Part shown: positions 11,892-25,284 of the stretch, one piece after another | Position numbering within the stretch: position 1 is the first letter of the stretch | Layout of the letters: each line of letters begins with the position of its first letter | NCBI RefSeq assembly: GCF_009914755.1 | Contig: NC_060928.1 | Reading direction: 5' to 3' (one strand) | Length of the DNA stretch: 64,000 nucleotides | DNA from: the human T2T-CHM13v2.0 reference genome, Homo sapiens | Notes under the pieces: generated by a model | Told to the model about the DNA's origin: nothing | Database searches by the model: none | What the model saw: the letters and a program-made list of their open reading frames with translations, nothing else | Program-made: the position numbers and the translations under genes

Positions 11892-13032
11892 GGCTCTGGG
11901 CAGCTGCCTTGGCTGGGACCTCCAACCTCAACTTACATACAAGCACGTTTGTAGAGTTAGAAACAGAACTTGAGTCAGAAAAGGAATGTTTTTTGTGTTG
12001 TATTAACAGTAGAGTTCTCTGCTGTCATCATGCAACTTACACAGTAGGTGCTTTCAGGACCCTGACAGTTCCTGTTTCCTTTCCAACCTCCCAGCTGCAA
12101 CTACCAATTATTACTACTGAGTTTGGTGGCTTTGTGTGTGAAGCATGTGTTATTCGCAATTATTTTCTGCTACTAATAAGTTTAATTTGGTCTCTAGGCG
12201 ATGACTCTTTTGAATTTCACCTGAATGTGGAAAACTTCCCTAGTCTCTGGATGGTATTTACCAGGCTCCACCAACAATCACCCAGTATGCTGTAGGACGC
12301 AAGGTCTATTTTCCCATTACTCGTACTCTTGGAAAAATTGCAGAAGTAATATTTGAATGCATTCTTTTTGTAAAAGCTTAGTGCCTGGCTGTTTCTTCAT
12401 TGTTTCCATCCTGAATAACAGTCCAGAAGAGAGGACAAGAAGAGTTTGCCAGGCCATGTCTCCCAGTGCCTGCTGTGTCTTCAGCCAGTGCTAGTGACAG
12501 GGTGAGATGAGCTGCACTGTTGGTGGGGAGCAGTGATGCTCTCTGCAGGAGGATTCAAGGCATCTGGGAGTTGAATGTGAGAATGATGGGAGGTGACGGT
12601 GGAGGGGATGCAATAGAATCCCACATAGGAAAGGGGAAGAGATCCATATGGACAGTCTTCCCTTCTCTGAGAAAGAATGACTTTGGCTCTTGATTAGGGC
12701 AAGGTACACCCTTAACCCAAAGCCAGAGGTTCTCTATCACACTTATTAACAGTGGTAAAGGGTGTCAGGAGCCCACTGCATGGAAAGCTGATATTCTAAT
12801 ATGTGGTAGGACTGGACTTCTATAGAAATATGCAATTTAATTGTTGAGCTGAGTAATTTCTTCCTCCTACTCTCCCACTACCTGCCTTTTCACCTGACTA
12901 AGACTTATTTATACTTCCGGAGTCAGCTTAAGTGTCAGTTCCTCAGAGGGCCCTTCCCTGACAACTATATGTAATTGTGTTCTCTTGCCTTTCTATCTTG
13001 CAGAACTCTGTCTTTCCTGTTTCTCACAGGTA

Positions 13033-13066
<34 letters not shown>

Positions 13067-13105
13067 TACACAGAGATACGTATGTGTGTGTGTGTATGTG
13101 TGTAT
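13033..13105. repeat. (CA)n/(TA)n/(TG)n compound microsatellite
   Basis: Directly visible. Confidence 0.85.
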
Positions 13106-13409
13106 TTCATAGTGTTAAAAATGGTTTTGTTTCCTAAACTGGAAAACACTATGAAATCAGAGATTATAACATTTATCACTGTTTCAGTGTACTGGTAGAG
13201 ACTCAATTCAAAGTGCCACATTAGCGAAGATGATGTGTTGAAAATGATGATGATGAAGTTTTAACATATCCATGTATCTGCTCCTTCAAGCAATTGAAGT
13301 ATACCTCTATATTAACATGTGTAATATATAGTTGCAATTATTTGCCTACTTATCTGCCTCTCCCACCACATAGTGATCTTTTCAAGTGCAATTCTCTGTG
13401 ACTTACATA

Positions 13410-14927
13410 CAGTAGTGCAGCACATAACATTTAGGTCAACAATAGACTGCATATATGACAATGGTCCCATAAGATTATAATGGAGCTGATAAATTCCTGT
13501 TGCCTAGTGATGTGATTCGCATTGCCTCATGGTTGTAAAGTCATAGGAAGCAGTGTATTACTGACATGTTTGTGGGGATGCTGGTGTAAACAAACCCATT
13601 CACTGCCAGTTCTATAAAAGTATAGCACATAAAATTATGTATAGTACACAATACTTGATAAGAATAACAAACAACTATGTTACTGGTTTATGTATTTACT
13701 ATACTATACTTTTTATTATTATTTTAGAATATACTCTTTCTACTAGTTATAGAAAAAACATTAACCGTGAAACAGTCTCAGATAGATCCTTCAGGAAGTA
13801 TGAGTTGTTATCATCTGTCTGTTGTCATAGGAGATGGCAGCTCCATGCGTATTATTGCCCATGAAGAGCTTCTAGTGGGACAAAACAAGGAGCTGGAAGA
13901 TAGTGATACTGATGATCCTGACTCCGTGTAGGCCTAGGCTGATATGTGTTTTTGCATCTTAATTTTTAACAGAAAAGTGTGAAAAATAAAAAATACAAAA
14001 CAAAACAAAAAACAATTAGCCAGGCTCTATGGCTCATGAGTGTAATCCCAGCCTGAGAGGCTGGGGCAGGAGGATCGCTTGAGACCAGGAGTTCGAGAGC
14101 ATCCTGGGTACCTAATCAGTTCCCTTCTCAATAACAATTTTCAAAAATTAGCTGGGCATGATGGTGCACATCTTTAGTGAAGATCAAGGAAGATCACTTG
14201 ATCCCAAGAGTTTGAAGCTGCAGAGAGCTATGATCATGTCACTGCACTACAGTGTGGGTGACAGAGAAAGACCTCTTCTCTAAAATAAATAAATAACTAG
14301 ATAAAAAAGAAAACGAGCTTATAAAATGACGATATAAAGAAAAAACGTTTTTGTACAGTTGTACAATGCGTTTAAAGTGTTATTACGAAAGTCAAAAAGT
14401 TTAAAAATTAAGAAGTTTATAAATAAAAAACACAGTAATCTAAGGTTAATTTATTGTTGAGGAAAAAATATTTTTTATAAATTTAGTGTAGCCTAAGTGT
14501 ACAGTGTTTACAAAGCCTAAAGAAGTGTACAGTCATGTCCTAGGCCCTCACATTCACTCACCACTCACACTCCGACTCATCCAGAGCCACTTCCAGTCCT
14601 ACAAGCTCCATTTGTGGTAACTGCCCTATAGAGGTGTACCATTTTACTCTTTTATACCATAATTTTACTATATCTTTCTACATTTACAGATGTTTAGATA
14701 CTCAGATATTCACCATTGTGTTACAACTTCCTATGGTATTCAGCACAGTAACATGCTGTACAGGCTTATAGCCTAGGAGCAATAGGCTGTACTATATAGC
14801 CTAGGTTTGTAGTAGGCTATACCATTTAGGTTTGTGTAAGCACACCCTGTGATGTTCACACAATGACAAAATCACCTAATGATGCATTTCTCGGAATGTA
14901 TCCCAATTGTTAAGCAAAACATGACTG
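13410..14927 (+). mobile_element. Tigger3-family (MER7/Golem) DNA transposon with an Alu inserted
   Basis: TA|CAGTAGTGC...CATGACTG|TA termini with TA target duplication; internal GGTCCCATAAGATTATAATGGAGCTGA. Confidence 0.88.
14018..14310 (+). mobile_element. Diverged Alu (AluJ-like) within Tigger3
   Basis: Two-arm Alu structure with A-rich tail. Confidence 0.85.
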
Positions 14928-15449
14928 TATTTTTGAATATCCTGTATCCAACACAATGGCTGTTGCAGAATGTTTTGTAATTCATATGTGTTTATGAACC
15001 TGAAACTTGAAGCCCCTTCTGAGTTAACAGCAGAGAGAATGAAGGGGAGGGATGATTTTGCATATGGATGGGCAACACGCTGGGTTTTTACAGTCTTACA
15101 CCCAGATTTTAATGTTTGCAGTGTAAAGGAATCCAGGTGGTCCTGAGTGGCAACTAAATCATTCTTTCTCTGCATGTAAACAGAGTAACTCAATACATGC
15201 ACTCAAAAACAGAAGACATCTGCATCTCGGGAGGTATAAGCATGGTGTCAACACTGTGCCATGTCTCAGGAGCTGGTCTTGTCAAGTTTCAGTGGGAAAC
15301 CACTAAACATAATGAGTGAGATGCCTGATACCCTATAATTATTATAGTATATACAGTATGCTATTTATGTATCAAGTTGTATTACATGTGTGAATAATAC
15401 TATGTTATATGTAATGTAATCTCTTCATTAGAGAAAGAAGAGTTGAGGA

Positions 15450-15840
15450 AAGCACTGTGGTGTGGTGGTTAAGAGCACAATTTGAAATTCCCACTCTGTT
15501 ACCTACTTAGTTATCTGAAAGTGGGCAAGTATTTTAAACTCTATAAACTTGATTTTTCTCTTCTGTAACACTGGGGAGGATAACAATAATCATAAGAAAT
15601 AATTACTAACATTTATATGTGGCTTATTTATGACACACATTATTTTAAATACCTTAAATTTATTAACTTTTTTAATCCTTCCATAAACTCTATGAGGGAG
15701 GCAATATTATCCCCATTTTAGGGATGAAGAACCTAAGGTACAGAGAAATTAAGCAACATGACCTGATATACACAGCTAACAAGTGGCAGAGCCAGGTTAC
15801 CTCATTATTCAAACTCCAGAGGATGTTCTTTTAACCAGAT
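15450..15840. mobile_element. Two MIR fragments in opposite orientations
   Basis: GTGTGGTGGTTAAGAGCAC..TTCTGTAAC and CCCCATTTTAGGGATGAAGAACCTAAGGTACAGAGA cores. Confidence 0.65.
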
Positions 15841-16713
15841 CGTATCTATCTTTTAAAAAATTGTTTAGTTCATGCATGGAAAACACTTAGTATTCCTGGC
15901 ATATTAAAATGATTAATAAATTGGAACTGTTATCATACTACATTAAGAATGACACCGATCATCAATTTAGTAACTTTTGTTGTTCAAACTGTGAAATACC
16001 AAGTATACAAAAAAGAGAGGAAAATTAAAGCTTTTTTTCCCCAACAATCCTGTTAAAATTAATAATAGATGACAACAAGTCAATAGCAAATTTTTATTTC
16101 ATGTGAATATTTTTGTAAGAATAGTGTGGGTATAAGTTTTAGGGTTTAAAAAATGAATGAAAGTTCTGTTGATGAAAAAAGTAGAATTTAGAATTAGGAG
16201 TCTAGTAAGGTTGAAGTCCTATATTGTACTTATTTATAAGGCTCATTCTAATGATAGAATTATAACTATGTAGATATGTTAATTCATTTTCATCATCTAT
16301 TTTTGTTCTACTAGTGGCAAATATATTCACTTTAAACCAGCTAACCACAGTTTATAAGATTCATATTCACCAATTTATTATTTTAGTGTTTGATGGCTAA
16401 AATAAACATCAGAATAAACTTTCAGGGAGTATTTTAAATAAGACATCCTAGGACTAAGACACTGAGAGACTCCATTAAGTTCCTAAATATATTAACAAAA
16501 ATGTATTGAGCAAATATTCTCTGTTGGGCTCCATGTAATTCCTATTATCATTGACCATTATGAAATCTAATAATACCCATGAGTATGTCTAATAACCATA
16601 AAGTAGACCAGGAAAAATCAACCAAGTTGTGTTAGAATAGAAATTTTTAAAGAAAAAAATGCAAAGTACAGTCCAATGTTTAGGCAAGAATTAGAGGGTT
16701 GAAACCAGGCTTA

Positions 16714-16719
16714 TTTATT
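16714..16719 (-). terminator. PPBP proximal polyadenylation signal AATAAA (further ones at 16374-16379 and 16093-16098)
   Basis: TTTATT on + strand ~195 nt past the stop codon. Confidence 0.6.
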
Positions 16720-16912
16720 TTCATCTTCTTTCTGCCATCTTTTAACCAACCTTCTCAGAATAAAATGTGATTTTTGAGACAGAATGAAACACATATCCAA
16801 ATTTTAATACAGTAAGAATAGGTATCCTGAATAAATGAGAACTCTAGAAAATCAAGGTTTCAAAATTCTACCCTTCCTGGGAGTTAAAGAAGTTTGGCAG
16901 AAACAGAACAAA

Positions 16913-17744
16913 TTAATCAGCAGATTCATCACCTGCCAATTTTTTCTGTACAATTTTCTTGATTCTGGGAGCATCTGGGTCCAGGCAGATTTTCCTCCCA
17001 TCCTTCAGTGTGGCTCTGCAAAAGAGAACAGGGTTATCTGTGGGTGTCCTGATCTGAATATCAGAACTAATCCATGAGACTGGAGGAAACGAGTGCATAT
17101 GTGGATGGAGGTAGAGGGTTTCTCTGATAAGGCAATAGCACAGAAACAGCAACTTACATCACTTCGACTTGGTTGCAATGGGTTCCTTTCCCGATCACTT
17201 CCAAACTTTGGATGTTTTTGGGATGAATTCCAGAGGTTGTCTTTATACACATGCAGCGGAGTTCAGCATACAAGTCACTGTCTAGACTTTCCTCTAGGGT
17301 AGAAAATGTGACCTATTGGTGGTCATGAATATTTTCCTCAGGTCTCTTATTTGCAGATTGAGGGCAATTGTACCTCTCTCATAAAGCCATTGTGAATATG
17401 ATCTGTAACGCTTTAGTAAAGTGCCCAGAAGATTGCCCAGCACACAAGAAGTGAGAAGTGACCCCCCTGTGTGTCTCCTCCAATTGGAGTTATTGGTATA
17501 ATGGCCCTCTCCAGCCCCAAAGGCACCAAGCTAGTCTTTACCCCAGAGACAGGTGTAGCAGAAGCAGCAACAAGTGCAGAGAAGCAGGGCCTCTACCTTT
17601 GCCTTTCGCCAAGTTTCTCTTAGTTTGTCCTTTGGTGGAGGAAGCCAGAGCAGTCAGCAGCAATGACAGAAGCAGCAGCACCTGCAAGGCATGAAGTGGT
17701 CTCGCACTGTTACAGGAAGGGGTGGTATCAAGTCTGAGGCTCAT
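16913..17744 (-). CDS. PPBP: Pro-platelet basic protein (CXCL7; CTAP-III/beta-TG/NAP-2 precursor), 128 aa; exons 17744-17597, 17293-17158, 17015-16913
   Basis: [67 protein letters not shown]...[37 protein letters not shown] introns, 148+136+103=387 nt. Confidence 0.99.
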
Positions 17745-17819
17745 GGTGGAGAAGGCTGAGCTAGAGTTGTTTCCAGAACCAGAAGACCTCTGAGTGAGGG
17801 TGAGTTGCTGCCTACAAGT

Positions 17820-17930
17820 CTGCAGATAAGTGGCTTCTCATGCCCTGAAGATGTCATTTATATGCTCTTTCTCAAAGCCAGTAAGAAGGAAGAGGTAGGA
17901 AAGGAGGAAGTGAGGGTATGTGGTGATACA
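17820..17930 (-). promoter_or_regulatory. PPBP proximal promoter
   Basis: TATAAAT 17862-17856, GATA AGATAA 17824-17829, ETS/PU.1 GAGGAAGT 17904-17911, RUNX TGTGGT 17919-17924. Confidence 0.8.
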
Positions 17931-19599
17931 CACATAAGCATTTGAAGCTGTGCCCAACCCAGAGAAAGACCAGACAGGTCAAATTCCTACTAACTTGCTT
18001 AATGTGCATCACTTCACATTCCCACTCTCCCTTTCTCAATACTTATCTTCCTTACACCTGTGTAAGAACTCCGTTCAGGAAGGTAAGAACTAGACTGAAA
18101 TACTACATGCATTTTCTTTGTATGATTTATAACAATACGCCCTGCCTTTTCTATACTGCAGTTTTTAGGCTTAATAGAAACTTTAGGAGCACCTGAAGGC
18201 ACAAACATGTGGCCCTTGAAAGAGAAAGTTATCTTTGCTTGCCAAAGAAAGCAAATGTTCTTTTCATGAATGTTGATAAATATTGGGATTGGTTTGGAGC
18301 ATGTAAGTAAAATAAGAGCCAATTACCGTCAAAGGTTGTCTTTGGATTTTAGCTTATTGGATTCTTTCTGCCTTCAATCTATATTATCTTTTGTAATTTC
18401 ATCTAGAAACTACAAATGAAACTCATCCTCCTTTATATTACAAAAGAAGCTACTTGTTTCTACCACCTAAGAATACCTAAAAAGTAGGACCCAGCATATT
18501 TATTTTTCTTTTTATTTTTAATTTAACAGAAAAATTATATAATTTATTGCAAAAGATTCGTATGCTGCAGATGTCTTTGAAATAAAACACAAATTTCTCT
18601 TCATCATTTCTCCACATTCCTACTATTCAGTGGTAAACACTGGTAACAATTTTGCATTAGTTTTCAATTCTGTCTGCACTTATATGCACACATGTATATG
18701 TATACAATGAGACACGTTTAAGACATAGAGGTACACATATACATAGAAGTATTGTATATGGATCACTATACAGCTGACTTTTATCCTTCAAAAAATATGT
18801 GTTCCTTATCTTTTCAGGTCATCTTAATGTAGTTTTCCCCCATTCTTCTTAATGACCATGTGACGTCCTGTGATAAGAACAATAGTTACTCAACCTTGCC
18901 TTGTTGGTGCCCTTCACGGTGTTTCCAATTTTGCACTATTAGAAATTGTGCAAGAAATGTCCTTACCAAGGAAAATATTTGTTCCTGAATTCTCAGACCC
19001 AAATTAAAGGTTTTGGTCTGAAATGCTATATCCCTACAAAGATAGAGAGGTGGACCTACACATTACATGTTGGCTTTATGTTATTTTCTGGTTCTCTGTC
19101 CCATCTGTAAGACTTCCTTCCTCAATTGAACCATGCACTTTTGTAGGGAGTGGCGTGTCCTGTGTTTGTTTGAATGTCTCATGTATCCTATAACATGTAG
19201 GATACTTCAATATAAAGTAGGTCTTAAATAATTAATAAATCAATGAATACGTATCACATGAAAGCTTCCCTATCCTTTCTAATCACCTACAATTCCAGGC
19301 CAAACTCGACAGGACCCAAAGCAACTATGCTATTTAAATTTATTTGGAAGATTGTCAATAAAGAAGAGGCAGATGTAAGTGGCACTGGCAACAAGTTTTC
19401 TTCCTTTTACAACTATGTATAAGTCTCACAGAATATTATTTAAATTTTCCATATTCTTTTCTTACTTTTCATATCCTTAAATTTTAGAAGAAATGCTTAA
19501 AATACTAAATGTTCAAAATTACTCTCTATCAAAAAGATGAATATAGTAATTTTTTAAATCATGTTTTTGTTTTCAAGCCAATTTTCCCTATTGTTTAAT

Positions 19600-20155
19600 A
19601 GTTATCTACTATGTCTACTCAAGTTCTCAGGTCCTGTTTTTAAATGCGATAACCTACAGACCACATTTGACAGTTTACTTTAGAAGTAAGCAGACTTCCA
19701 AATTAACTCGCCCTGGAAAGGTTTCGTGACTTGATGGGTGACATTCTATCTCTGAGTAAAGTATTTTATTACGAGTTCCTCAGATGATTGATGTACTAAT
19801 TACTGTAGAACCTACTGACACTAAATAGGACAATGATTTATTTCTAAGTTTAGCTGAAACAAAAAGTTTTATTGATTGTTTTGTATGTAGACATTTAGCC
19901 TGTATGCTGTAATCTGTAGCTAATGATTTTAACTTCGGTATTGTACCCTCCAATGAAAAAGAAGACAACTCTGGTATGAGGAGTTTTTCTGCCTTATTTT
20001 AAGCTTTTCTATTATATAAAGCCCTTGTAACTTGTGAAAGACTCTAGAACACCCCCAACTTTGTGGATGTGTCTTCCCAGGTCTGTCTTCCCAGTTGGCT
20101 TTCAATAAACATGTATAAAATTATTTCTGCCTCACTAGCCTTAGTTTCAGTTGAT
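19600..20155 (+). mobile_element. Probable ERV1-type solo LTR remnant
   Basis: LTR-like order: TATATAAAGCCC (~20013), GTGTCTTCCCAGG, AATAAA (~20104), terminal TTTCAGTTGA. 5' boundary uncertain. Confidence 0.5.
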
Positions 20156-22299
20156 GAATGTATTTCTTATTTTTCTCCACCTCATTTATTGTTTTCTTTA
20201 AATTAGAGTTTAGCAGTAGAGCATATTTAATTGGAATGATTTTTCTCCCTGTCACAACATAGAAATTTCTAGTCTTAAGCAAGCTTAAAGGAAGGGTGTA
20301 AGCTGAGAGTTCGGAGTCTTCTGAGAGTTGAGATGTGGAGTTAATTGCAGAGATAAGCTCAGCAGGACACAAAATGAGGGGAGCAGACTTCTTTCTCTTT
20401 CCTCCTGTGGGGTGACTTTATAGCTTTTCTTCATTATTGAGATTGAGATATTGTGAATTTGCAAGTCATATACATTTTCAAACATAAGATCAAAGCCATT
20501 TCCAGAACAAGATATAAAGGTTTTTTTTTTAACACTATTCATAGTATATTTCATTTTCTGTTCAACACCAAAATACATTGCTGAAAACGTTTATTGGCTT
20601 CACTGGACACCTTTTTTTCCCCCTACTTAACGTTATCCAGATTTCTTTCCTCGTTCATTAGTAAGATTTCCTAAAAGTTCCTAATCGTTTTAAGAAAACT
20701 GTATGAAAAGTTTTCTGAAGTAATGATGCTTTTGAGTGAGTTGATACCAGGAAAAAGGTAGGCTCTTTCCTACCAGGAAACCAACTGGTGGGTTAATACC
20801 AGGAAAGAGGTGACTCCAGTATCATGGAGTCATTGTCTTAATCAACAAATGTGGCTTGTCACGAAAGACACATCGTCGGCAAAATTCGTGAGGAAGTAGT
20901 AACAGATTTCTTGAGTCATCAAAATTTCTTAAGGATATCAGTCAGCATTTGATATAAAACAATATTTTGCTAGTTTTTATTAACTCAAAAAATATTGATT
21001 AAGCATCAGTTGATTAAGCCTGAACTTCCTAACAGGTTTTACGAAGTTCTCTTTGCATGACTTGGTCATTTAATTATTTATTTTTTAAAAGTCAGGCCTA
21101 AAATATTTGTGGAAAGCAATGGGATATGAAAAATACTCTACTCTTGCTGCTATGATGACAACTGCTGCTGTTAATTGCTGTTACTGTCATTTGCATCATT
21201 CCCTTCCATTTCCACGTTGAGAAACACAGTAAAGATGATGATAAACTGAGTGTACAAAACTGGTTAAAAGATGTTTTTAAAAACTTATTCAGTTAAAAGC
21301 ATACTGTTATGCAAAATTATTGTTTAAATAAATGCTAGAATTAGAGAAGAGTTATTTTGTTCCTTGTTTTTAAAATAACTTGACAGCCTTTTTATTAATC
21401 TTACATTGTCATTGTGGGTTTGTATATGTGTGTGTTGGGGAGTGCTAAGTTATTTTAGCTCTTTTTTCTTTAAGTCATCTTATAAATAGCAGAGTCATGA
21501 AGGAAGCAAGCAAATTATCTAAGACTCAAAGCACATTTTATGTTAGCTATTTTAAAAGAAAATATCTAGAGACATTGGAGGACAACTATCTATAAAATTA
21601 AGGCATAGATGACTTCTCTGCCTCACACAGAACGTTTTTAACGCACATTTCCCAAATCCTTCTTTCAAGTATGAAGGAAATAGACTAGCACAAGCAAATC
21701 AATCATAAAAGCAATTAGTACCAAAAATGCTAAGGATAGTACAATGTTGAGTCTGTTCATTAAAGTATCTTAATCAATAAATTTAAAATACTAGCCATCA
21801 AAAGTTTTTCTGTAAGGGCTGAAACCAAATGTGCTTACTGTATAACTATGAGTTGACAAGAATTGTTCAGATGTGAATTGAGGTTTTACTGTCTAATGCC
21901 CAGAGGTGAAGCATGGGGTGAAAATGGGAGGACAGTGGGGAGGGTGAAGAAGTTGAGGGGAAGTATCTTTCTGGGCACTATTATATACAATACTTCAAAG
22001 TTTTGCCAGACTCAGAATTTGTGTTTTAAATTATGTTGATTAATATCATTTGTTAAATCTCAAATATATGAAAGTTACCTAGTTTCCTTACATGCTCATT
22101 CATTAAGGAAATTCTAACATAATGTTCTAGAGCATTGTTAACAAGTACCATTAATCCTCTTTTGTTGTGTAATAAGTCGACCTCATTGTTAGTGGCTTAA
22201 AATATTAATTTATTGTTTCTGATAAATCTGTATGTTAGCGTGAGTTTCTTCTGCTAAGCTCACTTGAGTGCAGTCAAGAGCAGCTGAAATGGCTGAAAA

Positions 22300-22550
22300 T
22301 AAAGAGTGGGACAATAGGGTGACAATAGTCAATAATAACTTAATTGTACATTTTAAAATAACTCATAAAGAATGTAACTGGATTGTTCGTAACCCAAAGG
22401 ATAAATGCTTGAGGCGATGGATACCTAATTCTCAATATGCTTATTTCACATTGCATGCCTGTATCAAAACAGCTCATGTACCCCATACATATATACAGCT
22501 ACTATGTACCCACAACATTTTCTTAAGAATAAGAAAAATAATAAAATAAT
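22300..22550 (+). mobile_element. L1MA-type 3' end fragment
   Basis: AATAGGGTGACAATAGTCAATAATAACTTAATTGTACATTTT..CAAAGGATAAATGCTTGAGG..TATGTACCCACAA followed by an A tail. Confidence 0.85.
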
Positions 22551-23167
22551 TTAAAACAACATTTTAATGGCTTAATTCACATGAGAGGTTGTTGGTGTTG
22601 GCTGCTGGTTGTGATTTCTACTGGGGCACCTGCGTTCTTCTCCTACTCTTTTAAATATAATTATTTAACTTCTCACTAATAAGCAGAAATGAGGAATGGC
22701 GGGAGAGAAGGAGAGTAGGCAAGGGAAGGGGAGGGAAGAGAAGAAGAAGGAAAAGGAGAGAAGGAAGAAAATAGAAAGGAAAAAACAGGCAAGTCATAGT
22801 CCCTTCCAACACCCTCCTCCTCTCATCCTTGTCTCCTCTAGTCTTCTCTTTTCTAGTTCTTCCCCTCACCTCTTCTCCCCTTTCTTCCACTCTTCTTACT
22901 GGAAAATATTTGTTCTGTGGGAAAACTGATTGCAGCAGAAAACCTTAACTTAGACTGAAAGTTCCTCATCTTTATAATTTCCAGATCATAAGGATCCTAC
23001 AAAGATAATAGGCATGTAACAGGATTATCGATTAATATCAATAAATTAATATTTGATTGATGAATACTTATACAAAGGAAAATACATCATATATTTTGAT
23101 AGGTACTATGTAATTGACAGAAAATATACAGAGAGTATATTGTTTCCAGAGCTTCTTTAAAAGACTC

Positions 23168-23460
<293 letters not shown>

Positions 23461-23799
23461 AGACTCATAGCCTATTCTAATATATACAAGTACATGCCAA
23501 TATAAACATGTATAATGTAATCCAACTGGAGTGTGAATGTATGTACATACATACTAATATGATTAATCTTCTTTCTTTCCTTTTCTTGTGTTTCATAAAA
23601 GAGCAATTTCATATAAATACCTATTCTTAGGTATTTATATAGTAAATTTGAGGGACAAGGGAAGTTGAAGTACTGATCAAGATTGGGATGAGACAGAACC
23701 TCATTTGTCATTTAGATAGGGAAATGTTAAGTATAACCTAAGAATATGTATTTAAATGAAATTGCTCTTTTAATTTTAGAGTGACAAGGGGACTTGTTT

Positions 23800-24200
23800 A
23801 GCCAAAATCACTTGCTTTTTGAATACCTAGTATGTGCTAGGCACTGTCCTAGGAACTGAGATGAAGTTGATAAGCATTGTCCCCGCCCTCATGAGGCTTA
23901 CATGAAGCTAGAACAGAGAGACCTTAAACGGATGACAATAAACACACAGGCTCAATAAACTCTACAGTAACTTCGGTGAGAAAACTTCATGAAGGAAAAG
24001 TACAGAATGCTATGAGAGGGTATAAAAGGGTCCTCCTCAAAGGTAGGAGTAAGGGTTGGAGAGGTTTCCTCAAGAAAGTAAAAGGCAAGCTATTCCAGAA
24101 GGAAGGATGGTAGCTACCCTGGTAAAAGTGAGGGGAGGTATTATAGATTGAGAGGACTGTGCATGCCAAACTCCTTGTTGGACTACTGCTAGACAAGGAG
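23800..24200 (-). mobile_element. L2 3' fragment
   Basis: TTGAATACCTAGTATGTGCTAGGCACTGTCCTAGG..CCCGCCCTCATGAGGCTTAC. Confidence 0.7.
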
Positions 24201-24234
24201 AAAAGAGGGTAAACAAGTTATAATTTAATTAAAA

Positions 24235-25200
<966 letters not shown>

Positions 25201-25284
25201 TTAGTGTTTTAAATTACATAGAATTAAAGATAAGTAAAATGTATTGTAACAGTATAGGAAGGAGAAACAATATGAGTGAAGTTT

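Noticed and set aside
14765-14830. Nested TAGCCTAGG/TAGGCT inverted repeats
   Set aside because: Internal feature of the Tigger3 element.
16913-17152. 79-aa ORF ending in the PPBP C-terminus
   Set aside because: Intron 2 read-through into exon 3 from a non-ATG start; lacks the CXC cysteines.
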